From: a bacterium
GTDB lineage: Bacteria > SAR324 > NAC60-12
Length of the DNA: 21,785 bases
Reading direction: 5' to 3'
Assembly (NCBI GenBank): GCA_965233585.1
Contig: CBDDTI010000282.1
Coordinates: 1 to 21,785, forward strand
A program made the translations under genes and the position numbers. The stretch's first letter is position 1. Each line of letters begins with the position of its first letter. Under the pieces are notes generated by a model. That model was not told the DNA's origin, ran no database searches, and saw nothing but the letters and a program-made list of their open reading frames with translations. This document shows positions 21,762 to 21,785 of the stretch, in pieces.

Positions 21762-21785
21762 TTAATACGCTTAAGCCGTGAGCAT
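21762..21785 (+). CDS. ABCC1: Possible start of the next ABCC exon (runs off the window)
   Basis: Strong acceptor CTTTTTTTCGTTAGTTTGCAG. The phase-0 reading LIRLSREH fits the expected K|(A/S)LxLS continuation after YEK. Only 8 codons are visible. Confidence 0.4.

Overview
Repeat-dense eukaryotic genomic DNA, probably from a stony coral (inferred from the repeat families and the intronless CaSR-like receptor). The + strand carries the 5' part of a spliced ABCC/MRP1-like transporter gene. Four exons are clear (7202-7263, 8192-8323, 9019-9231, 13878-14061), there is a probable start-codon exon at 6483-6587, and a possible next exon begins at 21762. The gene appears to lack the TMD0 domain. An intact, intronless 849-aa class C GPCR (17689-20238) lies on the same strand, apparently inside an ABCC intron. 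The rest is layered mobile DNA: a 5'-truncated Penelope-like retroelement with a GIY-YIG ORF and a degenerate minimal hammerhead, PIF/Harbinger-, Kolobok-, ISL2EU-, Tc1- and Academ-like derivatives, and several hairpin-headed elements. The most unusual element is a TSD-flanked, 5'-inverted tandem array of a ~230-260 bp unit that carries an internal, terminator-followed tRNA-Thr(GGT)-like cloverleaf. No prokaryotic system or CRISPR array is supported. All family assignments come from recalled motifs, not from database searches.
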